Of a stretch of 64,000 bases of DNA, positions 36,254-44,934 are shown piece after piece; position 1 is the first letter of the stretch, and the number at the start of each line of letters is the position of its first letter. Below the pieces are notes generated by a model, which saw nothing but the letters and a program-made list of their open reading frames with translations, was not told where the DNA came from and ran no database searches. The translations under genes were made by a program, and so were the position numbers. The stretch is from Elusimicrobiota bacterium (GTDB lineage: Bacteria; Elusimicrobiota; Elusimicrobia; UBA1565). The DNA lies in NCBI GenBank assembly GCA_043827405.1, contig JBDRPD010000053.1, forward strand, positions 20,826 to 84,825, written 5' to 3'.

Positions 36254-39200
36254 ATGCCCAGCATTCACGCCGCCATAACGGCCTTTCTGTTCGCACTGCT
36301 CGCGCCCCGCACCCTGGCGGCGGAGAGCGCGCTTATCGGCACGCTGGAGGGCCATACCGATCACGCCGTCAACGCCTATTTCACGCCGGACGGGAAACAG
36401 TTGCTGACCATCGGCGAAGACCATACGGTCCGCCGCTGGGACGCCGCCTCCGGCGCCGAGCTCGTCGTCCACAGATTCCACGATCCCGTTTCAGGCCTGT
36501 TCTATAAGGACGGCTACAAAGCCGCGGCCTTCCCGGAGCCCCACCGCCTGCAGATATGGAACCTCGCGACGGAAAAGCTGTTCGCCGACATCGAGGACTA
36601 CAACGGCAAGATCCGGACTTTTCTTCTCGCACCGGATGGGCGCACCGCCGCGCTGCTGTCCTGGCAGGGAGAGGTTTCGCTGTGGGACCTGGACAAGCTC
36701 GACAGAATTGCGGTCCTCAACAGCGACCAGAAAGAGCGCGCCTGGTCCATTTCCCTCTCCCCGGACGGCCGGCACCTGTTCGCCGGCGCCGGCGAGAAGG
36801 CGCATGTCATCATGCGGTGGGAGCTCGGCACCGGCAAGCTGCTGAGCTCCTGGACCGGACATACCAACAAAGTCCGCGACATCGCCTTCACTCCCGACGG
36901 CGCCAAGGCGCTCTCCGCCAGCGCGGACCATACGCTGCGGCTATGGGACATTTCCTCCGGCAAGACGCTGGCCGTCTGGAAGGGGCATACCAGCCAGATC
37001 TGGGCCGTCGACATCTCTCCCGACGGGAAGCGCGCGATATCGGCCGGCGCGGACTACGCCGTACGGCTATGGGAGGTGGAGACCGGACGTCAGCTGGCGG
37101 CCTGGTGGGGACATCAGGCCATCGTCCGCGACGTCACGTTCTCCCCCGACGGCACGCTGGCGGCCTCCGCGAGCGAGGACCATACGGTAAAACTCTGGAA
37201 CGTCGAGGGACACGCGCGCATCGCCGCCTACCCCATACCTGAGCCGCCGCCCCCGCTCCCCGCGGGGCCGGGCACGCCCGAAGAGCGGCTGGGGCGCATG
37301 CTGTTTTTTGATCAGCGGCTTTCCGGCGACACCCACCGGGACTGCGCCGTCTGCCACGCTCCCGAACTGGCCTTCGCGGACGGCCTGGAGCTGTCTTTGG
37401 GCGCGCAGAACGTGCTGTATTTCCGCAACACCCCTTCGCTCTACAACCTCGACGAGCTGAAGCTCCTTTATTGGGACGGCCGCTTTCCCGCCGACGACCT
37501 GCCATCGCTGATCCGCGATCACATTTCCGAGGCGCATTTCATGAACGCCGACGGCCGCCTTATCGTGGAAAAGCTGCGCCAGGCGCCCGGCTATATCCGC
37601 GCCTTCCAGGAGGTATACGGCGAGGAGCCTTCCTATACCAAGGTCCTCGCCGCGCTGACCGCCTTCGTCCGTTCCATCAAATCCGGCGCGTCGCCCTATG
37701 ACCGGTATTTGGCCGGCGACGGCGACGCCCTGTCTCCCGCCGCCCGTCGAGGCTACGAGCTGTTCCTGGGCGATGCCGGATGCGCCCCATGCCATAGCGG
37801 CCCCATGCTCACGGACGGCAAGCTGCACGACCGCGGAGTGCCGGAGAACGAAGAGATCTACGATTCGCCCATGCGCCTCATATCGCTGCGCCGCTTCTTC
37901 AAGCTCCTCGGCGTAGAGGACTACGCCAATCTCCACCGCGACGTGGGCTTCTACGCTATATCGAAAAAACAGGAGGACATGGGCCGGTTCAGGACGCCCA
38001 GCCTGCGTGAAGTCGCACGTACGGCGCCGTACATGCATAACGGCCTGCTGCCTTCGCTCGATGACGCCGTTGCCCACCAGAATCCGCGGCTGAGCCCGAG
38101 CGAGCGAAAAGACATCACGGCTTTCCTGGAATCTCTCACCAGCGCCACCACCGCCTATGTCTCCCCGCCGCTTCCGCGTTATGAACTGCGCCGTCGTGCC
38201 GCGGACAAGAGAACCGCGGCCGCCGCCGCTGCGGCAGAGGAACCGAAGTCCGCCTTTCCGCCCCTGGGCCCGCTGCCCCCGCCGCCGGTCCCTGCGGACA
38301 ACCCGCTGACCGAGGAAAAAATCGAGCTCGGCAAGTTCCTGTACTTCGACAAACGTCTCTCGGGCAACGGCTACACGTCCTGCGACACCTGCCACGAGCC
38401 GCCCAAAGGCTGGGCCGACGGCAGCGACCTGGCGCAAGGCTACCAGGGCACGCTGGACTGGCGCCATGCGCAGACCTTGCTCAACGCCGCCTATTACACG
38501 AAGCTGGAATGGGACGGCGGCCAGCCGACCCTCGAGCAGCAGGCCAACGGAGCGATCACCTCGAATATTTCGGCCAACGGCGATCCGGAGATGATCGAGG
38601 AGCGGCTCGCCGCCACCCCGGAGTACGTCGCCATGTTCAAAAAGGCCTTCGGCGCCAAGCGCCCGACCTACGAGAACGCGCTGAAGGCGATCGCATCTTT
38701 TGTCCGCGCCGTTCCGGTATCGCGCAACGTGCCGTTCGACAAGGGCGCTCTTTCCCCCGCCGCCCGGCGCGGCCGCAAGCTGTTCGAAGGCAAAGCCGGC
38801 TGCATCCAGTGCCACAACGGGCCGCTGGTCTCCGCTCAGGGATTTCACGCCACCGGCGTCCCCCGCAACCCCGGCCTGGACCACCTGCTGCTGCGGCAGA
38901 TCACCGTGCGCTTTATGCATTCCAGCCGCGGCGTGCCGGAGGACATCTACCGGAACGCGGACTCCGATCCGGGCCTATACCTCAACACCCTGCGCCAGGA
39001 GGATATCGGTAAATTTCGCGCCCCGAGCCTGCGCGAGCTAAAGTACACCGCGCCGTATATGCATAACGGCATATTCCCGACGCTGGAAGCGGTGGTGGAC
39101 TTTTACAATAAGGGCGGAGGCGAGACGCCCAACAAGACCCCGCTCCTTAAACCCCTGGAGCTCAACGCCGGCGAGAAACAGGACCTGATCGCCTTTCTGC

Positions 39201-39331
39201 TGTCTCTCAGCGGCGACGAAGTGCTGATCACGCCGCCGCTCATTCCGCGCTTCCACCCCGGTCATGGAGACGACGATGACGAGAAGGAGGACCCGCATGC
39301 GGGCCGGGACGATGACCATAATGCGCATTGA
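36254..39331 (+). CDS. WD40 / tandem di-heme cytochrome c peroxidase fusion protein, paralog 9 (divergent propeller, acidic His-rich C-terminal tail)
   Basis: Start at MPSIHAAITAFLFALLAPRTLAAE (signal peptide) within ORF 36221..39331. Fewer canonical WD repeats at the N-terminus. CAVCH, CAPCH, CDTCH, CIQCH and 2x PYMHNG. C-terminal tail HPGHGDDDDEKEDPHAGRDDDHNAH. Confidence 0.85.
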   Translation: MPSIHAAITAFLFALLAPRTLAAESALIGTLEGHTDHAVNAYFTPDGKQLLTIGEDHTVRRWDAASGAELVVHRFHDPVSGLFYKDGYKAAAFPEPHRLQIWNLATEKLFADIEDYNGKIRTFLLAPDGRTAALLSWQGEVSLWDLDKLDRIAVLNSDQKERAWSISLSPDGRHLFAGAGEKAHVIMRWELGTGKLLSSWTGHTNKVRDIAFTPDGAKALSASADHTLRLWDISSGKTLAVWKGHTSQIWAVDISPDGKRAISAGADYAVRLWEVETGRQLAAWWGHQAIVRDVTFSPDGTLAASASEDHTVKLWNVEGHARIAAYPIPEPPPPLPAGPGTPEERLGRMLFFDQRLSGDTHRDCAVCHAPELAFADGLELSLGAQNVLYFRNTPSLYNLDELKLLYWDGRFPADDLPSLIRDHISEAHFMNADGRLIVEKLRQAPGYIRAFQEVYGEEPSYTKVLAALTAFVRSIKSGASPYDRYLAGDGDALSPAARRGYELFLGDAGCAPCHSGPMLTDGKLHDRGVPENEEIYDSPMRLISLRRFFKLLGVEDYANLHRDVGFYAISKKQEDMGRFRTPSLREVARTAPYMHNGLLPSLDDAVAHQNPRLSPSERKDITAFLESLTSATTAYVSPPLPRYELRRRAADKRTAAAAAAAEEPKSAFPPLGPLPPPPVPADNPLTEEKIELGKFLYFDKRLSGNGYTSCDTCHEPPKGWADGSDLAQGYQGTLDWRHAQTLLNAAYYTKLEWDGGQPTLEQQANGAITSNISANGDPEMIEERLAATPEYVAMFKKAFGAKRPTYENALKAIASFVRAVPVSRNVPFDKGALSPAARRGRKLFEGKAGCIQCHNGPLVSAQGFHATGVPRNPGLDHLLLRQITVRFMHSSRGVPEDIYRNADSDPGLYLNTLRQEDIGKFRAPSLRELKYTAPYMHNGIFPTLEAVVDFYNKGGGETPNKTPLLKPLELNAGEKQDLIAFLLSLSGDEVLITPPLIPRFHPGHGDDDDEKEDPHAGRDDDHNAH

Positions 39332-42329
39332 GCGCTGGGGCCTCCTGGCCTGCGCGCTGCTTCTCTCCCGGCCCGCCGCCGCTGCCAGCGGACCGCTGCT
39401 CGCCGTCTTGGAAGGCCATACCGACCTGGTCCGGCAGGCGGTCTTCACCCCGGACGGCACCCAGGTCCTGTCGATCGGCAACGACCATGCGGTGCGCCGA
39501 TGGGACGCCGCCGCAGGCCGCGAGCTCTCGGCCTTTCTCTCCGCGGACCCTGTGCTGAGGGTATTCGCGCAAGGAGCGCCGAAATTCGCCGCCTACACCC
39601 CGGATTACGCCATCATCATGCGCGATCTGACCTCGGGCAAGCGCCTGGCCGCTCTGCGCCGGCTCAACGACGAAACGGAAGCCGTCGCGCTGACCCCGGA
39701 CGGCCGCACCGCGGCGACGCTCTCCTACGAGGGCGAGGTCATCCTTTGGGATCTCAAGAAGGAACGCCGGCTCGCGGCGCCGGAAGCCAACGGCTCCGCC
39801 ATCGCCTTTTCACCGGACGGCGGCAGCCTGCTGGTCGGCAAGCGCGACCATACCCTGCAGCTCTATTCTCTGCCGGGAGAACCGGCGGCGCCGGCCTGGC
39901 GCGGCCACCGCGGCGAGATCCTTGCCGTCGCCTTCTCGCCGGACGGCGGAAAAGCGCTCTCCGGCGCGCGCGACAACACCCTCCGCCTCTGGGACGTGAA
40001 GACCGGAGCGGCGCTCGGCGTCTGGCGCGGCCATACGAGCCACGTCCTCGCTTTGGCGTTCTCCCCGGACGGGCGCCGGGCGCTTTCCGGCGGAGCGGAC
40101 TACACCGTCCGGCTATGGGACGCCGCGGCGGGCCGGGAGCTCGCCGTCTGGTGGGGACACCAGGGAGCGGTCCGCGACGTGGCTTTCTCTCCCGACGGAA
40201 AGCGCGCCGTTTCCGCCGGCGAGGACCGGAGGCTCATGCTGTGGGACGCACGGGACGGCGCGGTGAGCAGCCGGCCCGGCGCCGGCGAGCAGGCGGCTCT
40301 TCCCCCCGGTCCGGGAACGCCCGAAGAACGGCTCGGCCGCCTGCTGTTTTTCGACAAGCGGCTGTCCGGCGACGAGGACGCCGACTGCGCCTTGTGCCAT
40401 AACCCCGCCACAGCCTATACCGACGGCCTGCCGCTGGCCGAAAGCTATACCGCGCTCTACTTCCGCAATACGCCGACCCTGCTCAATCTCGCGGCGCAAA
40501 AGCACCTGTACTGGGACGGCCGCTTCCCGGCCGACGACCTGCCCTCGCTTATCCGCGACCACATATCCGAAGCGCATTTCATGAACGCCGACGGCCGCCT
40601 GATCGTGGAAAAACTGCGCCAGGCGCCCGGCTACGTGCACGCCTTCAAGGAAGTCTACGGCGGCGAGCCGTCTTACTCCAGGATTCTTGCAGCTCTCAGC
40701 GCCTTCGTCCGGTCGCTGAAATCCGGCGCCCCGGCGGACGTTCTGACGCCCGCGGCGCGGCGCGGCCGGGACCTGTTCAACGGCGAGGCCGGCTGCGCCG
40801 GCTGTCACGCCGGCTCCGGCTTCACCGACGGCAAGCTGCACGCCCGCAAGGCTCCGCCCAATAAAGAAATTCTCCGGGAACCGCTGCGCCGCATCGCCCT
40901 GCGGCGTTTTTGCAAGGTCCTGGGCATCGAGAACTATGCCGAGGTACGCGAGGACCCGGGTCTCTACGCCGTCACCAAGCGCCGGGAGGATAGCGGCAAG
41001 TTCAAAACGCCCGGCCTGCGGGAAGTCGCCCGCACCGCTCCCTACATGCACAACGGCTCGATCCGCAAGCTGGCAGACGCGGTCAAGCATGAAAATCCCC
41101 GGCTCAGCCGGCGCGAGCGAAAGGACATCGTCGCTTTTCTCGAAACGCTGTCCAGCGAGACGCCGCGATTTGATCCGCCGCTCGTGCCGCGCTACGCGGT
41201 CCAACCCCGGGACCTCCCCCCCGCGGCGGGAGCGGACTCGACCTGGGACGACGCCCCGGCGCCCGCACCCATCCGGGCCCGGGACTACCCGCCGCTTGGC
41301 CCGCTCCCGCCGGTCCCGGTCCCGGAGGACAACCCGCTCACCGACGAGAAAGTCCGGCTGGGAAAGCAGCTGTTTTTCGACGTGCGCCTGTCCGGCTCCC
41401 TGAGCCGTTCCTGCGCCTTCTGCCATGAGCCGGCGCTGGGCTGGGGAGACGGCAGCGACCTCTCGCAGGGCTACCGCCGGATGCTGCACTGGCGCAACTC
41501 CCAGACGCTGTTAAACGCCGCCTATTACAGCAAGCTGGAATGGGACGGCGCCTGGCCGAGCCTGGAGGAGCAGGCGCGCGGAGCGATCACCTCAAACATC
41601 AACGGCAACGGCGACCCGGCCACGATCGAGGAGCGCTTGGCCGAATCGCCGGAGTATGTGCGGATGTTCAAGCGGGCTTTCGGCGTGCAGCGGCCGAACT
41701 TCGAGAGCGTACTCAAGGCGCTCGCCTCCTTCCAGCGGGCGATCCCGATCTCGCGCAACGTCCCGTTCGATCAAGGAGCCCTCTCTCCCGCCGCGCGGCG
41801 CGGCCGCGAGCTGTTTGCCGGCAAGGCGGGCTGCATCGCCTGCCATAATGGACCGCTGGCCTCCGATCAGGGCTACCATGCCACCGGCGTCCCGCGCAAT
41901 CCGGCATTTGATCACATCGCCCTGCGCCGGATCGCCCTGCGCTTCCAGCATGTGACCCGGGGAGTTCCTGAGGAGGTGTTCCGGCGCGCCGAAACGGATC
42001 CGGGGCTGTATCTAAATACGCTGCGCAAGGAAGATAGCGGGAAGTTCCGGACCCCGAGCCTGCGTGAGCTCAAGTATACCGCGCCCTATATGCATAACGG
42101 CGTATTCCCGACCCTGCAGAAAGTAATAGACTTTTACGACCAGGGCGGCGGAACGGCGGACAATAAAAGCCCGCTGCTCAGATCGCTGGGGCTGACCGCG
42201 GCGGAGAAGCTGGACCTGATCGCCTTTCTGGAAGCGCTCTCGGGCGAGGAAATCATGGTCACCGCGCCGGACGCGCTGGGACCGCACATAACGGCGACGG
42301 GACGCGCCGCGGATACGCCGCACCATTAA
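39321..42329 (+). CDS. WD40 / tandem di-heme cytochrome c peroxidase fusion protein, paralog 10
   Basis: ORF 39264..42329. The probable start is MRIERWGLLACALLLSRPAAAASGP (signal peptide) at about 39312-39321, overlapping the end of paralog 9 by about 10-20 nt. CALCH, CAGCH, CAFCH, CIACH and 2x PYMHNG. Confidence 0.85.
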   Translation: MRIERWGLLACALLLSRPAAAASGPLLAVLEGHTDLVRQAVFTPDGTQVLSIGNDHAVRRWDAAAGRELSAFLSADPVLRVFAQGAPKFAAYTPDYAIIMRDLTSGKRLAALRRLNDETEAVALTPDGRTAATLSYEGEVILWDLKKERRLAAPEANGSAIAFSPDGGSLLVGKRDHTLQLYSLPGEPAAPAWRGHRGEILAVAFSPDGGKALSGARDNTLRLWDVKTGAALGVWRGHTSHVLALAFSPDGRRALSGGADYTVRLWDAAAGRELAVWWGHQGAVRDVAFSPDGKRAVSAGEDRRLMLWDARDGAVSSRPGAGEQAALPPGPGTPEERLGRLLFFDKRLSGDEDADCALCHNPATAYTDGLPLAESYTALYFRNTPTLLNLAAQKHLYWDGRFPADDLPSLIRDHISEAHFMNADGRLIVEKLRQAPGYVHAFKEVYGGEPSYSRILAALSAFVRSLKSGAPADVLTPAARRGRDLFNGEAGCAGCHAGSGFTDGKLHARKAPPNKEILREPLRRIALRRFCKVLGIENYAEVREDPGLYAVTKRREDSGKFKTPGLREVARTAPYMHNGSIRKLADAVKHENPRLSRRERKDIVAFLETLSSETPRFDPPLVPRYAVQPRDLPPAAGADSTWDDAPAPAPIRARDYPPLGPLPPVPVPEDNPLTDEKVRLGKQLFFDVRLSGSLSRSCAFCHEPALGWGDGSDLSQGYRRMLHWRNSQTLLNAAYYSKLEWDGAWPSLEEQARGAITSNINGNGDPATIEERLAESPEYVRMFKRAFGVQRPNFESVLKALASFQRAIPISRNVPFDQGALSPAARRGRELFAGKAGCIACHNGPLASDQGYHATGVPRNPAFDHIALRRIALRFQHVTRGVPEEVFRRAETDPGLYLNTLRKEDSGKFRTPSLRELKYTAPYMHNGVFPTLQKVIDFYDQGGGTADNKSPLLRSLGLTAAEKLDLIAFLEALSGEEIMVTAPDALGPHITATGRAADTPHH

Positions 42330-42333
42330 AACT

Positions 42334-42531
42334 ATGACCGAGAAAAAGCACAAGCCGCTGGGACACCGCCTCAAGGAGAACCTGGAGGTCCTGAAGGAAA
42401 TATACGCCCTGATCAAGCTGCATAAGCGCTGGGCGCTTCTGCCCGTCTTTCTCGTCCTGGCCGTGCTCAGCCTGTTTATCACTTTGGCGGGCGGCAGCTC
42501 CGTCCTCCCGGCGATCTACGCGCTGTTCTAA
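42334..42531 (+). CDS. DUF5989-like small membrane protein (65 aa)
   Basis: MTEKKHKPLGHRLKENLEVLKEIYALIKLHKRWALLPVFLVLAVLSLFITLAGGSSVLPAIYALF. A basic N-terminus, one TM helix and a C-terminal ...AP.IY.LF match the DUF5989 family pattern. Starts 4 nt after paralog 10, and its stop overlaps the ATG of the next gene (TAATG). Confidence 0.5.
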   Translation: MTEKKHKPLGHRLKENLEVLKEIYALIKLHKRWALLPVFLVLAVLSLFITLAGGSSVLPAIYALF

Positions 42532-43505
42532 TGGTCCGGCTCCTGCTTTTTGCCGCGGCCGCTTTCGCTTTCGCCGCCGAAACAGACAGCGCCCTAATAC
42601 GATCCTTCGCCGGCCACCGGGACCTCGTTAACAGCGTCGCCGTGTCGCATGATGGACGGAGGATGGCATCCGGCAGCGCCGACCTCACCATCCGGCTGTG
42701 GGACATCGCGACCGGCAAGCAGCTATCGCTGTGGAAAGGGCATACGGTCGAAGTGAACATGGTCGTTTTCTTCCCCGACGACAAGAAGCTGCTGTCCGCC
42801 GGCGCCGACAACAACATCTACCTGTGGGACGCCGCGACGGGAAAAAATCTCGCGATCTGGCACGGCCATACCGACGACGTCAATGCTATCGCCGTCTCAC
42901 CCGACGGCACCAAAGCGCTTTCCGGCGGCCACGACGGCTACGTGCGGCTATGGGACACGGCGACCGGGAAACTGCTCGCCTCCTGGCTGGTCGACAACTT
43001 CGTCTACGCCGTCGCCTTCTCTCCCGACGGCAGCAAAGCGCTTTCCGGACAATGGGACAAGACGCTCAAGCTGTGGGACGTCGCGACCGGGAAGCTCCTC
43101 GCCACCTGGAGGGGCCATACCGACAAGGTCTACGCCGTCGACTTTACTCCCGACGGGAAAACCGCGCTGTCGAGCAGCAAGGACAAGACCGCGCGGGTAT
43201 GGGATGTCGCCAGCGGCCGGACGCTGCATATCCTCCGGCAGCCGCGCGGCATCGACGCCGCGGCCTTCTCCCCCGACGGCAGCAGGATACTGACCGGCAA
43301 CCGGGACTGGACGCTGACGCTCTGGGACACGGCCAGCGGAAAAGAGCTGCGCGCGTTCCACGGCCACCAAGACTACATCTACAGCGTCGCCTTTCTTCCC
43401 GACGGCCGCCGCGCCGTTACCGCCAGCGTCGACCGGACCATCAAGCTGTGGGACCTCGATGCGGCGTTCGTGAAGACGGATAAAGAAACGAACGGCTATC
43501 GCTGA
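42531..43505 (+). CDS. Secreted stand-alone WD40-repeat beta-propeller protein (7 repeats, no heme domain)
   Basis: 324 aa. Signal peptide MVRLLLFAAAAFAFAAETD. Seven canonical WD40 repeats (GHRDLVNSVAVSHDG...IRLWD etc.). No CxxCH. Confidence 0.85.
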   Translation: MVRLLLFAAAAFAFAAETDSALIRSFAGHRDLVNSVAVSHDGRRMASGSADLTIRLWDIATGKQLSLWKGHTVEVNMVVFFPDDKKLLSAGADNNIYLWDAATGKNLAIWHGHTDDVNAIAVSPDGTKALSGGHDGYVRLWDTATGKLLASWLVDNFVYAVAFSPDGSKALSGQWDKTLKLWDVATGKLLATWRGHTDKVYAVDFTPDGKTALSSSKDKTARVWDVASGRTLHILRQPRGIDAAAFSPDGSRILTGNRDWTLTLWDTASGKELRAFHGHQDYIYSVAFLPDGRRAVTASVDRTIKLWDLDAAFVKTDKETNGYR

Positions 43506-44878
43506 GCGGCCAGCTCCGCGTAGACGTTATCCGCCAGCACCCGGTTCCCGGCCGGCGTCAGGTGGTCGTTGTCCTCGAGGTAGTCGCCGCGCCCCGCACG
43601 CTCGATCAAAGCGCCGAATACGGCGCGGTTGTCGATCAGCGGCAGCTTATGCTTCTCGGCGATCCGCTGGATGGCCGTATTGGCGCTCTGGTACGCCACC
43701 GGATAGTTCTGCAGCACCAGGCGCACGCCTTTCTCCCGGCATAGCCGCACCATCTCATCCCAGCTCTCCATACGCAGACGGTTCACGTAGCGCTCGACTT
43801 CCTCGCGGTCGGTGAGCAGCTTATGGAAGCTGCGGAAGTCCTTATTCTCTCCCAGCCCCGGATGCTCGCGCCGCGAGCGATCCAGCACCCGCAGGACGTC
43901 CGCCGCCGTGTACCGGCTCTGCACCTGATAGGTCTGGACGAACTGGAAGTTCGCGCCGTCGAAGGCGTCGGTCCAAAAGCCGGCGGGAAACGCCCCGGCG
44001 ATCTCCAGCAGCAGCGCGAAATAATCGTCGTAGCGCGACTGCCGGGTATAAACGCGGCCCGCATAGTCGGCCAGCAGCTCCATAAAGTCGCCGGCGCGGC
44101 GCAGGTCCAGCTCATAGCGCCGCGCCTCCGCTCCGAAGACGGGCCGCAGCCGCGCCGTCAGCTCCGGCGCCAGGGCGCGCTGAGGATCGCCGGCCATGAG
44201 CTTCCGGTGCTCGCGATAAACGCCCAGCAGCAATGCGAACTTTTCGTCCGAGTTTGGCTCCGTCTTCCCGCCCGCCCGCCGATGCCGCCACCGCAGCCGC
44301 AGGTGGCGGAAGACTTTGTAGATGCGCAGGCGGTAAAGCCAGCCGGCGGGCAGAACGTCGTGCCACCGCCCCCCTTCCTCACGCATTCGCTCCCGCATCA
44401 GGGGCAGATTGAAGATATCCGCGGCGCCCACGAGAACGACGACGGCATCCGGCGGCCGCTGCGCGCCCTCGGTTTCAAGGTAGCGCTTGAGCTTGGCGGC
44501 CGCGCCGAAGGTGCTCTCCTCGCACTTCCCCATATTATAGACCGCGGCCGGCATTCCGGCGTCGATGAACCGCCGGTACAGGAAATACGGAAAGCTGTGG
44601 TAGCTTTTGACGTTGGTGCCGTTGGTGAGCGAATCGCCGAAGGCGAGGATCAGCCGCGTCCGGCCGTTCGGCGGGCGGTAACGCTCGAACGTGTCGTCGG
44701 CGTCGTGCTCCCCCTCATCATAGGGCGGCAAAAACTCCCGCTGCCGCGAGGCGGTGAGAGCGAAACCGGTCGCCCGCAGACCCGCTTCCAGCAGCGCCAG
44801 GCAGATGAGCAGGCTGACCAGAAATACGGTCAGCTTGACGCCGGGCGAATGTTTGTATTTATTTAGGAATCTCTTCAC
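43496..44878 (-). CDS. Membrane-anchored SGNH/GDSL hydrolase family protein (paralog of the 54189-58348 cluster)
   Basis: 460 aa. N-terminal TM (VKLTVFLVSLLICLALLEAGL). GDSL block LILAFGDSLTNGTNV. C-terminal DNDHLTPAGNRVLADNVY (DxxH). Convergent 10-nt overlap with the WD40-only gene. Confidence 0.75.
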   Translation of the reverse strand: MKRFLNKYKHSPGVKLTVFLVSLLICLALLEAGLRATGFALTASRQREFLPPYDEGEHDADDTFERYRPPNGRTRLILAFGDSLTNGTNVKSYHSFPYFLYRRFIDAGMPAAVYNMGKCEESTFGAAAKLKRYLETEGAQRPPDAVVVLVGAADIFNLPLMRERMREEGGRWHDVLPAGWLYRLRIYKVFRHLRLRWRHRRAGGKTEPNSDEKFALLLGVYREHRKLMAGDPQRALAPELTARLRPVFGAEARRYELDLRRAGDFMELLADYAGRVYTRQSRYDDYFALLLEIAGAFPAGFWTDAFDGANFQFVQTYQVQSRYTAADVLRVLDRSRREHPGLGENKDFRSFHKLLTDREEVERYVNRLRMESWDEMVRLCREKGVRLVLQNYPVAYQSANTAIQRIAEKHKLPLIDNRAVFGALIERAGRGDYLEDNDHLTPAGNRVLADNVYAELAAQR

Positions 44879-44934
44879 GGGCGACAGAGTCTGAAGCGGC
44901 GGTGTTTTTGTATTGTAGTATAAACACCGACGCC

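Noticed and set aside
11108-41489. Many long minus-strand ORFs (for example 11108-11956, 13007-13753, 15307-16365, 18522-20105, 20120-22465, 24396-25799, 27815-28933, 29599-31755, 33201-34730, 37067-38920, 40113-41489) and short same-strand alternate-frame ORFs inside the CCP array
   Set aside because: They lie antisense or out-of-frame to genes with strong, repeated domain signatures. Their translations are Arg/Ala/Gly/Pro-rich low-complexity sequence typical of stop-codon-poor frames in about 70% GC DNA, with no motifs and no signal or start context.
11093-42329. Possibility that the ten-gene array is an assembly artefact of one or two genes
   Set aside because: The copies differ substantially at protein level (distinct signal peptides, heme-motif spacers such as CASCH/CATCH/CAWCH/CALCH, linkers and C-termini; paralog 4 has unique deletions; paralogs 8 and 9 have divergent propellers). 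A specific unique insert also separates copies 8 and 9. This cannot be fully excluded without read data.
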